Origin: Rhizobiaceae bacterium
GTDB taxonomy: Bacteria; Pseudomonadota; Alphaproteobacteria; Rhizobiales; Rhizobiaceae
DNA: 64,000 nucleotides
Assembly: GCA_039977975.1 (NCBI GenBank)
Contig: JBDWCD010000010.1
Span: 20,939 to 84,938 of the forward strand
Direction: 5' to 3'
Part shown: one piece after another, positions 9,633 to 19,415 of the stretch
How the letters are laid out: each line of letters opens with the position of its first letter
Position numbering within the stretch: position 1 is the stretch's first letter
The notes under the pieces: generated by a model
Databases searched by the model: none
Told to the model about the DNA's origin: nothing
What the model saw: only the letters and a program-made list of their open reading frames with translations
Translations under genes and position numbers: made by a program

Positions 9633-9676
9633 TTTCCTGCCCGGTTGCTCCGTCAAGTTTGCAACTGGGCAGGAAA
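9633..9676. terminator. Probable terminator between convergent genes
   Basis: 16-bp stem TTTCCTGCCCGGTTGC / GCAACTGGGCAGGAAA (one G-U pair) with a 12-nt loop. Confidence 0.55.
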
Positions 9677-9694
9677 ATTGGGTTTATTCAATTG

Positions 9695-10696
9695 TCAGAT
9701 CGTCGAGTCAGTCGGTGCGGTGAGGTCAATCACGGCGGCGGCAGCAATCAGTAGACCGCCGAACAAGGCGGTCGAATCAAGACTTGTGCCGATCAACAGG
9801 AACGCACTGACCGTCGCGGTGATCAATTCGACCATTGTCAGCAGTGCTGCGGTGGACGAAGGCATCAGCCTGGCACCCCATACCTGCCCATAAATTGCTG
9901 GCGCCAGTACAACCAGACCGAATAGTCCGGCAAAGGCCAGACCAGGCAGCAGGTCGGTGGCCGGGGGAAGGGTGGGGGCAATGTCGGGTGCGAAATAGAG
10001 CATTAAAATGGCGGCAATGATGGCAATCGGTGCGCCAAAGACAAAGGGGGCAGCTGTAGCCATGATCGGATTGAAGGTTGAGTTGCGGCGCAGAAATACC
10101 AGCGAACTTGCCCACAGAAATCCGCTGGCCAGCCCGAACCAGTCGCCGATATTGGTAGGTATCGGCAAGGCGCCGAAGCCGCCATCGCCGTGGCCGCCGC
10201 CGCCGCCGTCGCCGCCGCCGAGCAGCAGATAGAGGCCCAACAGGGCCAGGGCGATGGCGCAAAGCTTTCTTGGGCCGATCAGTTCGCGGTTGATCAGGCG
10301 TCCCAGCAGTGTGGTCCAGATTGGCAGCATGTAGAATAGGAAAATGACCCGCACCACGTCGGAAAACAGCACGCCGCCAAAATACAGAACGACTGAACAT
10401 CCGATGATCAGGCCGAGAATGATGAAATTGCGGTCGAAATTGACGACTAACCGCCGCATCAGGAAGGGAGCGGCCAGAACCAGTGGCACCACCAATGTTA
10501 CCGCGACGGCCCAAAGACCCTCCAGACCATATTCGGACAGATGGCGCAGGGGAATCCAGAACAGGCCCCAGACACCGGCGCCGAAGATAATCGACAGGGC
10601 GCCGCGCAGCCGCTGATTTGACGAATGTGGATTGGCTTGTGTGGTCAAGGGAGACCCCGAGGCAGACGTGGAACCGGACGTCCCAGTGACGGCCAT
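9695..10696 (-). CDS. DMT (EamA-like) transporter
   Basis: About 10 hydrophobic segments; GVWGLFWIPLR and FYMLPIWTTLLG; Gly-rich loop. Confidence 0.85.
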   Translation of the reverse strand: MAVTGTSGSTSASGSPLTTQANPHSSNQRLRGALSIIFGAGVWGLFWIPLRHLSEYGLEGLWAVAVTLVVPLVLAAPFLMRRLVVNFDRNFIILGLIIGCSVVLYFGGVLFSDVVRVIFLFYMLPIWTTLLGRLINRELIGPRKLCAIALALLGLYLLLGGGDGGGGGHGDGGFGALPIPTNIGDWFGLASGFLWASSLVFLRRNSTFNPIMATAAPFVFGAPIAIIAAILMLYFAPDIAPTLPPATDLLPGLAFAGLFGLVVLAPAIYGQVWGARLMPSSTAALLTMVELITATVSAFLLIGTSLDSTALFGGLLIAAAAVIDLTAPTDSTI

Positions 10697-10742
10697 TGGT
10701 GACCAAATCAGGACCGGGGTTCAAAGTCCAGAAAATAAGGGT

Positions 10743-12872
10743 CTAACGAATGACCACATCCAGTGCCTGGGACTGGCCCAGAGAATCCACCACTGAGAGG
10801 CGGGAAGTGCCCCGCGAGGAAGGCGACCAGAGCAATTTGCGCTGCCGGTGGATTTCGGGCAGTGGATTTTGGTTTTCCAGCAGTCGAAAGGGCGGTACGC
10901 CCCCCTGAAGCTTGATAACGATCGGCGCTTTCGAGCCATCGGCAAATTCGGCCAGTTCCAGCTGGTCGCCATGGGTAGGAAAGGCGATTTCCAACGCATC
11001 TTCCCGGTGGATATTTGAAAACCGCGCGCGGTGGCGCTTTTCTTCAAACAGGCGCAACGGTGTTGGCAGTTCCAAAACGGTTTCCCGCAGGGCTCCGGCC
11101 GGGGCGGGCGGCATTGGTTCGATCTTCAGACCAGAGCGGGCGAAGGCTTCAAAGAGAATGGGAGCTGCCGTTTTTGTGCCGGTGATGCCGGGCACCGGGC
11201 CATTATCTGCACGCCCCACCCACACGCCGATGACATGACGGCCGTCAAATCCCACCGACCAGGCATCGCGATGGCCATAGCTGGTGCCGGTCTTGTAACC
11301 GATTGACAGGGCACGGGCACCGTTGGGGGGGCGAAGGCCAGCGAGCATGTCGCGGATATGCCAGGCTGATACCGGTGACAGGATCGGACGACCGTTCATC
11401 AATCCGGGCTGTGAGCGGATTCCGTCGCCGATGGCCAGCGGGCGCCCGGCCGTGCTGACCAGATTGGCGTAAAGCTGTACCAGTTCGGTCAGGGACAGGC
11501 TTGTGCCACCCAGTACAAGGCCCAGTCCGGCACGACTGTTTTGCGGCAGCCGGGTTGTGACGCCGGCGCGTTTCATGCGGGCGACGAGCCGCGATGGCCC
11601 AACCGCATCGATCAGTTTGACTGCCGGCACATTGAGCGACATTTGCAGGGCGCGACGGATGCTGACACTGCCCTGATAGGTGAGGTCAAAATTGGTCGGC
11701 CGATAGCCAGAAAAATCTGCCGGACTGTCCATGATCATCGAGGCAGGGCGCACCAGGCCGTCCTCGATGGCCAGGCCATATACAAAGGGTTTCAGCGTCG
11801 AACCTGGTGAGCGCGGTGCCTGGGTCATGTCGATCCAGCCACGGCGGGCTTCGCTGCCAATACCTGCCGAGCCGACGCTTGCCAGTATCGCCCCGGAATG
11901 GGAATCGGCAATGACAATGGCAACTGACGCCCTGGGAGCAATCCTGCTGGCCGCCTGACGGGCCAGGGCCTCCATTTTTTGCTGCAGGGGAGCGTCAAGC
12001 AGTGTGCGGTGAACCAGCACCGTGGGATCTCTGTCCCGAGCCTGTTGGGACAGGTGGCTTGCAAGACGCGGGGCAGGGCGCCGCCTGGCGGAAAGGGGCA
12101 GCTTAGCAACCCGCTGCGCCTCGCGGGAAGAGACGATGTCGGTCGTTGCCAGGCGTTTCAGCACCCGGTCTCGTGCCGACTTGGCGCGTTCCGGCCAGCG
12201 ATCCGGTCGGCGGCTTTCGGGCGATTGGGGCAGGGCGACCAAAATGGCAGCTTCGCGCAGGGCAAGGCTTGCCGGTTCCTTGCCGAACCATGACAGGGAA
12301 GCCGCACGGACCCCTTCAATATTACCGCCATAGGGGGCGAGCGTCACGTAACGCTGCAGAATTTGGTCTTTTGACAGCCGTTGCTCGATCTGCAGCGCGC
12401 GAAAGATCTGCCATAGTTTAGAACTGACTGAACGGCGTTTGCGTGGCTCCAACAACCGAGCCAACTGCATGGTGATTGTCGAACCGCCGGAAACAACTTT
12501 GCCGGAGGTGATCAATTGTCCCCCGGCGCGCAACAGGGCCAGGGGATCGACCCCGTAATGGTCAAAAAACCGCTTGTCTTCATAGGCGATCAACATGTCC
12601 AGAAACTTGCGATCAACCTGCTGTAATTGCGTTTTCAGACGCAGTCGACCGGCCCCGTTTGTAAATATTCGTAGCGGCGCTCCATTGCGGTCCAGCACTT
12701 CAACTGAATAGTCATCGTTGTGATCAAGTGGCGGCGGATTGGTGTGGTCGAGCCAGAGCAGCCCACCAATCAATGCAAACAAAAGGGTAGCGCAAACCAA
12801 GCCAATCAGCCGCCAGCGCAGGGTTTTCAACCAACGCAAGGAAAACAGGTGTGAAGGGCTTGTGGTCAACAT
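10743..12872 (-). CDS. pbpC: Penicillin-binding protein 1C
   Basis: Transglycosylase motifs EDKRFFDH.GVD, GGSTITMQLARL, YGGNIEG; transpeptidase motifs SPGSTLKPF, SLN, KTGT; C-terminal BiPBP_C-like region; directly downstream of the alpha-2-macroglobulin gene. Confidence 0.95.
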   Translation of the reverse strand: MLTTSPSHLFSLRWLKTLRWRLIGLVCATLLFALIGGLLWLDHTNPPPLDHNDDYSVEVLDRNGAPLRIFTNGAGRLRLKTQLQQVDRKFLDMLIAYEDKRFFDHYGVDPLALLRAGGQLITSGKVVSGGSTITMQLARLLEPRKRRSVSSKLWQIFRALQIEQRLSKDQILQRYVTLAPYGGNIEGVRAASLSWFGKEPASLALREAAILVALPQSPESRRPDRWPERAKSARDRVLKRLATTDIVSSREAQRVAKLPLSARRRPAPRLASHLSQQARDRDPTVLVHRTLLDAPLQQKMEALARQAASRIAPRASVAIVIADSHSGAILASVGSAGIGSEARRGWIDMTQAPRSPGSTLKPFVYGLAIEDGLVRPASMIMDSPADFSGYRPTNFDLTYQGSVSIRRALQMSLNVPAVKLIDAVGPSRLVARMKRAGVTTRLPQNSRAGLGLVLGGTSLSLTELVQLYANLVSTAGRPLAIGDGIRSQPGLMNGRPILSPVSAWHIRDMLAGLRPPNGARALSIGYKTGTSYGHRDAWSVGFDGRHVIGVWVGRADNGPVPGITGTKTAAPILFEAFARSGLKIEPMPPAPAGALRETVLELPTPLRLFEEKRHRARFSNIHREDALEIAFPTHGDQLELAEFADGSKAPIVIKLQGGVPPFRLLENQNPLPEIHRQRKLLWSPSSRGTSRLSVVDSLGQSQALDVVIR

Positions 12873-12875
12873 GAA

Positions 12876-15800
12876 TTACCGGGCTGGCAGGATTTCCAGA
12901 AAGCCGGAGGCCGTCCGGGCGGAAAATTGCGGGCGATACATATCTTCCACGCTGGCCGCCGGATGGGCGTAACGTCCCGGGGTAACGGCGCGCACCACAT
13001 AGGCCAGATTGAAACTGCGTGACTTGCCAACATTGCGCTGAAGGGCGGCGAGGAAGCGGTCACTGCGGAACTCGCTGTGGCTGATCTGCACTTGCCCGAG
13101 CCAGTCAAAATTTTCCAACTGCGCCGACTGTACCAGTTGCGGATTGTCGATCTCAAAACCTCCGGGCAACAGGTCGCTGACCATTATCTGAGACGCCAGG
13201 TTGCTGAATTCCGAGACTGTCAGCACCACAACAAAGCGCTGGTTCTGATGCACATTGTTGAGCGACGCCTCGCTGCCGTCGAGATTGTAGTAGTGCCGCT
13301 TGATTTCATAGCCTTCGGAACTGGCCGGCAGTGCAACAAGGGGAGAGGCATATTTGGTGACGATTGCAGAGACCGGCTTGGACGTGCGGTTAACCACCGA
13401 CAGTGGCTCGGCCAGCAATTCAGCGCCGGGCAGCTTTTCCTTCAACGCCCCTACACGGGTTTGATTGTTGACCGTGAGTTGCAGAGTGCGATTGGCTTCT
13501 TCAACGGCCCGTGCGGCGAGAACCAGCCAGGCATCTTCCTGTGTGGATGTGTAGCTGCGGTGATCCATTTCACTGTCGATAAATTTCAGCAGGTCGGGAA
13601 CCATCGAGCGGACATTTGGCGTTTCTGCAGCAAGTGCCAGCATGGCCGCCCCGTCGCGCAACAGTGAACCGTAATAGTCGTTCTTGTAATTGATCGCCAG
13701 GCTTCTGTTCGCCATGTCCAAAGCGGAGGCAAATGTGTTGCTGCTGCGCTGTTGCTCATTATACAGCGACAGGGCAGCGGCCAGATGGGCGCGTGCCAGC
13801 GGCGTCTTGAACGAGGCGATCTTGGTATCGGCGAAATATCGCAGGTCCGAGGCCGATGCCATGCGGTTGCGCGCCAGAACGTAAAGACTGTAGGCCTGCG
13901 CATCCCCGGAGCCGGTTATCTTGTTCTGAAAGGCAAGGCGGTTTTGCAGGTTCTGGATTGCCAGGCGCATGGCCTGTTCCGGCACGGTGTAGGATTTCTC
14001 CCGCGCCCGGGTGAGGAAATCGCTGATATAGGCATCCAGCCACAGATCACCGCTGCCAGGTCCCCAAAGCCCAAAGCCGCCACTGGCCGACTGGAACGTG
14101 ACCACCCGCTGGATCGCCTTGTCGATCCGCTCGCTCAAATCTTCGGTGGCCGACAATGCGCTGGGCGCATCCAATTCCGACAGGTAAAGCAGGGGCAGGG
14201 CCCTGCTGACGGTCTGCTCAGCACAGCCATAGGGATAGCGGTCCAGTCGCATCAACAATGACGAGACGTCCAGCGATTTGTTGTAGCCGACATGAATGCC
14301 GACTTCTGATCCGGCGATATGGCTGTCTCCCAACAGGGATTTGTCGATTGTCACGCTGCCACCATTGGCGGCCAGCAGAAATTCAGATCGGGTCGCGACG
14401 GCGGGTGTTGCCGGGCGGATTGTCAGCGCGCGGGAGACCTGCGTTACAACATCACCATCGCGGCTAAGAGTGAATTCCAACTCTGCCGTCCCGGGATTTA
14501 TGGCATCGATGGTCAATGCCACCACCCGGCGCTCATTGGCCGCCAGGGTTACGCTGTCGGGCAGAGAGGTCAGCTTGAGCTGATCGGTGGCGGTCGCGGA
14601 CAGTTCGTAGGTGCCCGGCGTGCCGTCGGTATTGTGAATCTCGACCAGGGTTCTGGCCTGGTCCCCCGGTGCCAGCACTTTGGGCAGGCTGGAACTGAGC
14701 AGGATCGGATCGCGGATGATGACATCCTCGCTGGCCTGTCCAACCGCCTTGCTCGACCAGGCAACGGCCATGACGCGCGCCGTGCCATTGAACTGGGGAA
14801 TGTAAAAAGAGACCTGGCCGCGACCATCGGCATCCAGTCGCACGGCGCCTGAAAACAACGACAATAATTGTTCGGTGGGCGGACTGCCTTCGGCGGTCAT
14901 GCCCGGACCATCGCCGCCGGAGCGGATGCGCCCGAAAGCGCCCTGTGAGCCATCGATCAAGCGACCATAGAGATCGCGAATTTCAAGTCCCAATGCACGC
15001 TGACCGAAATACCACTCGGACGGATTGGGTGGCTGATAACGCGTCAGGTTGAGAATGCCGACATCAACCGCTGCAACGGTGACGAATATTTCTTCACCTT
15101 CTGCTGCACCAGCCACAGAAAGCGGAATATCCAGCAATGCATTGGGTTTGATTCTCTCCGGCAGGTCCAACGAAACGGCGAGCGATTTATCTCCCGGATC
15201 TACAGTCAGCCACGTGGTGCCGATGGAGCGAGCGGGCAGGCGGGATTGCTCAAGATTGCCCGGCTTGAACAGGGTTGCCGTGACATAGGCACCGGCGCCC
15301 CAATTGTCCTTCACAGGCACATTCACCTGATTGTCGCCGGCTTTCACCTTGACGCGGAAGGCATCGACAATGCGATCTGCGCCGATTGTCACCAGCAATT
15401 CACCTTGATGACGGGCAGAGACATTCAGCTGGGCAGATTCGCCAGGAAGATAGCTGGACTTGTCCAGGGCAATTTCCAGTGCATCCGGAGTTTCTGTCGA
15501 GCTGGTCTCCACATACCATCCGGAATTGAACTGCACGCTGGTGGCCGGCCCATCTGCGCGGGGGCTTTCTATCTGCAGGCGATAGCGCCCCCAGTCGACG
15601 GGGAATGAAAGGTCGGCAGCACGATCGGCTTTGACGTCAATTTGGCCATTTTGAACCAGTCGCGGCACTTCAACCGCCTCGTAACGCCAACTGGAATTGG
15701 AGCGATACCATTGATAATTGCGCTCGATGCGATGCAGCGACCAGTTGAGCCGGCTGATGTCCAGCCGTTTGTCGGCGGCATCAAGGGCGATGATTTTGAA

Positions 15801-18353
15801 ACCCGCCGTGCCACCTTCTTCTACTTGTCCGCCGCCGAATTGAGGTCGAATGCCGATCATCGGACCATTCGCAGCGACAGGGATTTTCAGTTGCCGTTCA
15901 ACGGCGCGGCCACCGGTTTCGCGCAGCCGCACGCTGATTTCAGCAACCAACGGACTTGTGGTTGAAGGCAGACGATCAAGAGCGGCTGCAAAACGGGCTT
16001 TGCCTTCTGCATTGGTCTTCGGCAATTTTTCAAGCTGGATGACCCGGCCACCAGCGCTTTCCGCTCCCGCCAGTCCAAACAGATAGCCTTTCGCAGCGGC
16101 GCGATCACGGCTTGGCTTGAGGCGGATTTCTCCCTCCAAGGACATGTCGGCGGCCGCCGCGCCATAGAGATATCTGCCGGTCAGATCGATGGCTGCAGGG
16201 GCGGCAGGCGACAGGTATTTTGCTGAACTGGCCAGGTCAAACTCAATCCGGTCGGGCACAAAGTCCTCGACCAGAAACTGTTTCTCTGAAAGAGCAGGCC
16301 CGTTGGGGTCGGCATGGACCCGCAGTTTCCAGACTCCGCGCATGGCATTGTCTGGCAATACAAAGGCCAGATCATGGCCCCCTAATTGTGCGTGTTTGGA
16401 GACTGTTCTATCAGCCTCAACATCATCCGGTCGCACCAACATGGCCGTCAGGGGCAGGTCGTTTATGGCTTCCACCTTGTGATCGCGGGCCAGGGTGACC
16501 AGATTGACCGTTTCACCGGGGCGGTAAATGCCGCGGTCGAGATAGGTATAGAGGTCCAGTGTTCCCGGGCTTGGGCGCCCCTCGACACCGCGATCCGACA
16601 GATCAAATCCGGCGCGGGAAATATCAAGAAATACAAAATCCGTGCCGTCATCCTGGGATCGTTTGGCGGTGACCAGGGTCGGCGCCAAACCAGCCGAGCC
16701 GCGCATCAGGCCGGGTTCAAAACGTGCTTTTCCTTCAGTATCTGTGACAGCAGTGCCGAGAACCTCATTGTTGCGGGCCAGCAGGTCTACTGACACGCCG
16801 GCCAGCGAAGCGCCGCTATCCAGCGAACTGGCAAATACGGTAAGGCCATCATTGCCTGCATAGGTGACAAGTCCGATGTCTGAAATCAGGAACCACTGGG
16901 TGGCGACCGGATCCCAACTGCTGCGTTTTTCTCCTTCGGCCTTGGCGGTGAGAATGTAGATGCCCGGTTGCCGGTCGGGCAATGCCTCGTCGATTGGGAA
17001 GCTGGTGACAACCTCACGGTTCAGGCTGCGCTGCAGATCGATCTTTCCTTTCCAGATGCTCTGTCCGATGTCGCTGGCGATTGTGTTGGATGTATAGTCG
17101 CGCAGCTGCGACAGGAATTGCGAGCCGGCTACGAGCCTGCTCAGCGATCTTTCGCCGACGCGCAACACTTCCAGCTCTGCAGACTGGGCATTGATGCCAA
17201 CAATTGGAATGCCGTGGCGGGCTGAACTGGCGAGGACAAAATTGTCGCCGGTAAACCGCACCGCTGCGGCGCGGTCGCGGATATAGGTGTTGAGCACAAC
17301 ATCGCGGTCGAGAATTTCCCCCGACTTTGCAGGAAGTCCCTGGCGCAAGACGAGCTTGTATTCCTGGCCGTGCTGCAGGCCTTCAACACAGAGGCGGGAA
17401 TTCGATACGGCCAGCGCCGGATTGGATAGGCCCTGCGTCGACAGGTAATTTTCATACGCGGTGTCTGCGGTATCCAACGGCTCCGAAAAGTCGACACAAA
17501 TGCGTGGGCTTGTCGTATCTGCTTCCACCGAGTGATTGGTTATCCTGAAACCCTTTTCCCGACGCAGTTGGGTAAAGGCGCGGCGCACATCGCCATTATC
17601 CTTCAGCTTCAGACTTGCGCGATAGGAGACAATCGCCTCCCGATAGAGGCGCTTTTGCACCAAAGCTTCGGCGACGGACACCAGTGCATCGGCGCGGACC
17701 CCTGCGGTGCGACTTTTTTGATAGGCACCGAGGGCGGCATTCATCGCCAGGTTTTGAAGATCGCGGTTGTACTTGCGATTTTTGCGCAACCAGCCACTCG
17801 CAGACCGGGATATCAACCACCAATTGGCTGGCAGGTCCGCAGATCGTGCCAGGACTTGGCCAAACATCTGTTGCGCCAGCACCAGATCGTTGCGCGCCAG
17901 GGCACTACGTCCGGTTTCGATGAGAAATTCGGTTGTTCCGAAGGATGTATCTGTCGACTGTTTTTTCAGCTTTGCGACAAATGCCTTGGCACTGTTCCTG
18001 AGCGGAGCAGGAACGCCGGTCAGTTCTGGAGGAGCCCCCAGGTCCGGCTCGCTGGAGATTTCCACCACCTTGCCTGCGGTTGCCCCTTCAAAGGCAATGA
18101 TCTGCGAATAGTCGCTCTTCAGGAAACACCAGTTAACGCGGGTGTTATAGGTAAAGGCCCGGCAGTCGCGGTCCTTGATGCAGATCAGCTTGCACTGATC
18201 GAGCGACACGTCTTTCTCAGATCGCAAGTCAAAGCCGAAATAGTCGGAATTCTCGCTGATCACAACTTGCCGCTTGTTTTCCTGTGCAATGGCATGTGAC
18301 CCGGCAAGGAGCGCGAGAACCAGGAATGCGATTAAAATACGTGCCAAACCCAT
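12876..18353 (-). CDS. Bacterial alpha-2-macroglobulin (YfhM/MG2 family) with N-terminal PAN/apple domain
   Basis: 1825 aa; signal peptide; PAN cysteines (CKLIC..DRDCRAFTY..WCFLK); YLDRGIYRPGE; AAVDVGIL; thioester YPYGCAEQ; FSGG/DLWLDAY; AVTPGRYAHPAA.VEDMYRP. Confidence 0.95.
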   Translation of the reverse strand: MGLARILIAFLVLALLAGSHAIAQENKRQVVISENSDYFGFDLRSEKDVSLDQCKLICIKDRDCRAFTYNTRVNWCFLKSDYSQIIAFEGATAGKVVEISSEPDLGAPPELTGVPAPLRNSAKAFVAKLKKQSTDTSFGTTEFLIETGRSALARNDLVLAQQMFGQVLARSADLPANWWLISRSASGWLRKNRKYNRDLQNLAMNAALGAYQKSRTAGVRADALVSVAEALVQKRLYREAIVSYRASLKLKDNGDVRRAFTQLRREKGFRITNHSVEADTTSPRICVDFSEPLDTADTAYENYLSTQGLSNPALAVSNSRLCVEGLQHGQEYKLVLRQGLPAKSGEILDRDVVLNTYIRDRAAAVRFTGDNFVLASSARHGIPIVGINAQSAELEVLRVGERSLSRLVAGSQFLSQLRDYTSNTIASDIGQSIWKGKIDLQRSLNREVVTSFPIDEALPDRQPGIYILTAKAEGEKRSSWDPVATQWFLISDIGLVTYAGNDGLTVFASSLDSGASLAGVSVDLLARNNEVLGTAVTDTEGKARFEPGLMRGSAGLAPTLVTAKRSQDDGTDFVFLDISRAGFDLSDRGVEGRPSPGTLDLYTYLDRGIYRPGETVNLVTLARDHKVEAINDLPLTAMLVRPDDVEADRTVSKHAQLGGHDLAFVLPDNAMRGVWKLRVHADPNGPALSEKQFLVEDFVPDRIEFDLASSAKYLSPAAPAAIDLTGRYLYGAAAADMSLEGEIRLKPSRDRAAAKGYLFGLAGAESAGGRVIQLEKLPKTNAEGKARFAAALDRLPSTTSPLVAEISVRLRETGGRAVERQLKIPVAANGPMIGIRPQFGGGQVEEGGTAGFKIIALDAADKRLDISRLNWSLHRIERNYQWYRSNSSWRYEAVEVPRLVQNGQIDVKADRAADLSFPVDWGRYRLQIESPRADGPATSVQFNSGWYVETSSTETPDALEIALDKSSYLPGESAQLNVSARHQGELLVTIGADRIVDAFRVKVKAGDNQVNVPVKDNWGAGAYVTATLFKPGNLEQSRLPARSIGTTWLTVDPGDKSLAVSLDLPERIKPNALLDIPLSVAGAAEGEEIFVTVAAVDVGILNLTRYQPPNPSEWYFGQRALGLEIRDLYGRLIDGSQGAFGRIRSGGDGPGMTAEGSPPTEQLLSLFSGAVRLDADGRGQVSFYIPQFNGTARVMAVAWSSKAVGQASEDVIIRDPILLSSSLPKVLAPGDQARTLVEIHNTDGTPGTYELSATATDQLKLTSLPDSVTLAANERRVVALTIDAINPGTAELEFTLSRDGDVVTQVSRALTIRPATPAVATRSEFLLAANGGSVTIDKSLLGDSHIAGSEVGIHVGYNKSLDVSSLLMRLDRYPYGCAEQTVSRALPLLYLSELDAPSALSATEDLSERIDKAIQRVVTFQSASGGFGLWGPGSGDLWLDAYISDFLTRAREKSYTVPEQAMRLAIQNLQNRLAFQNKITGSGDAQAYSLYVLARNRMASASDLRYFADTKIASFKTPLARAHLAAALSLYNEQQRSSNTFASALDMANRSLAINYKNDYYGSLLRDGAAMLALAAETPNVRSMVPDLLKFIDSEMDHRSYTSTQEDAWLVLAARAVEEANRTLQLTVNNQTRVGALKEKLPGAELLAEPLSVVNRTSKPVSAIVTKYASPLVALPASSEGYEIKRHYYNLDGSEASLNNVHQNQRFVVVLTVSEFSNLASQIMVSDLLPGGFEIDNPQLVQSAQLENFDWLGQVQISHSEFRSDRFLAALQRNVGKSRSFNLAYVVRAVTPGRYAHPAASVEDMYRPQFSARTASGFLEILPAR

Positions 18354-18571
18354 GTGAACAGCCCACCTATTCCAATTATTCAGGAGTTCACGATACCGGC
18401 ACTATTGAGTCAATTAAATGGCGGTGGGGCAGGAACGCAGTTGGATATATTTCAAAGTCAATGCCGTTCAATAATAAAATCAATCAATTCAACTGATTAT
18501 CAACTGTTTCTGACTCAATTTGTGAGCCTCAGATATACGTCTGATGTTCGCCGCATTCTGGTATTTACCGG

Positions 18572-19033
18572 TCAGGCCAGCAGGCTGAGGCCCAATACAG
18601 TCAGCAGACCGGCGCCGATTCCGGCCACAATATCATCTGCCATAATGCCGACGCCGGCAGGCTTGAGATGTTCGGCGGCGCTGATCGGCCAGGGCTTGGT
18701 GATGTCGAGCAGTCGAAACAGCACGACGGCCGCAACAACGCTGAGCCATGTGGTCGTGCCAGCCAGAAACAGCGCCAGCAGGACACCGGCGGTTTCGTCG
18801 ATTACGACGATCTGCGGGTCTTCCAGTTTCATCTCGTGGGCCAGTTTATTGGCACTCCAGGTGCCGGCGCCAATCAATACAAGCAGCGCCGCCAGATGCC
18901 AAAGCCATGGCAGTTGGATGAGCAAAAAATGGGCCGGCAGCGACGCCAAGGTTCCCACTGTTCCAGGAGCCGTCGGCGACAGCCCGGTTCCAAACCATGT
19001 CGCCAGCCAAAAGTGTGGAGAGTTACGGGACAT
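18572..19033 (-). CDS. pgpA: Phosphatidylglycerophosphatase A
   Basis: LATWFGTGLSPTAPGTVGT, DPQIVVIDE, FRLLDITKPWPI, GIMADDIVAG. The ATG at 19033 is preferred; the ORF can extend to 19171. Confidence 0.92.
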   Translation of the reverse strand: MSRNSPHFWLATWFGTGLSPTAPGTVGTLASLPAHFLLIQLPWLWHLAALLVLIGAGTWSANKLAHEMKLEDPQIVVIDETAGVLLALFLAGTTTWLSVVAAVVLFRLLDITKPWPISAAEHLKPAGVGIMADDIVAGIGAGLLTVLGLSLLA

Positions 19034-19415
19034 GGAGAGCTGTGTACCTTGGATTCGGGAACAGGCCCATCCATGCCAGCATTTGGCGCAAATGAGAACC
19101 TCCCGTGGGCGGGTGTTTGGGAGCAGGGACCCGTTTGTCCAAGTGGCGTCGAACGGCAGGTGTGCGAACAAAGCGCCTGAATAGCTAGAGCTCTAAACGT
19201 CAGCTATCCGATGATGCAAAGGACCAGCATGCGTGCGGATTTGTGTTTGCATCCCTAGTAGGCACCAAATTAATCTGTTGGTCTTGGGAAGACGACCGCG
19301 ATGACACTTTTGGACATTGAATCCCAATGTGCGGATAACGTTTATTATTGCTGACCAAACGAGCAATTAGTTAATCAGCTCGACAGTCCTCAGTTTTCTC
19401 GATTCAATTAACACT

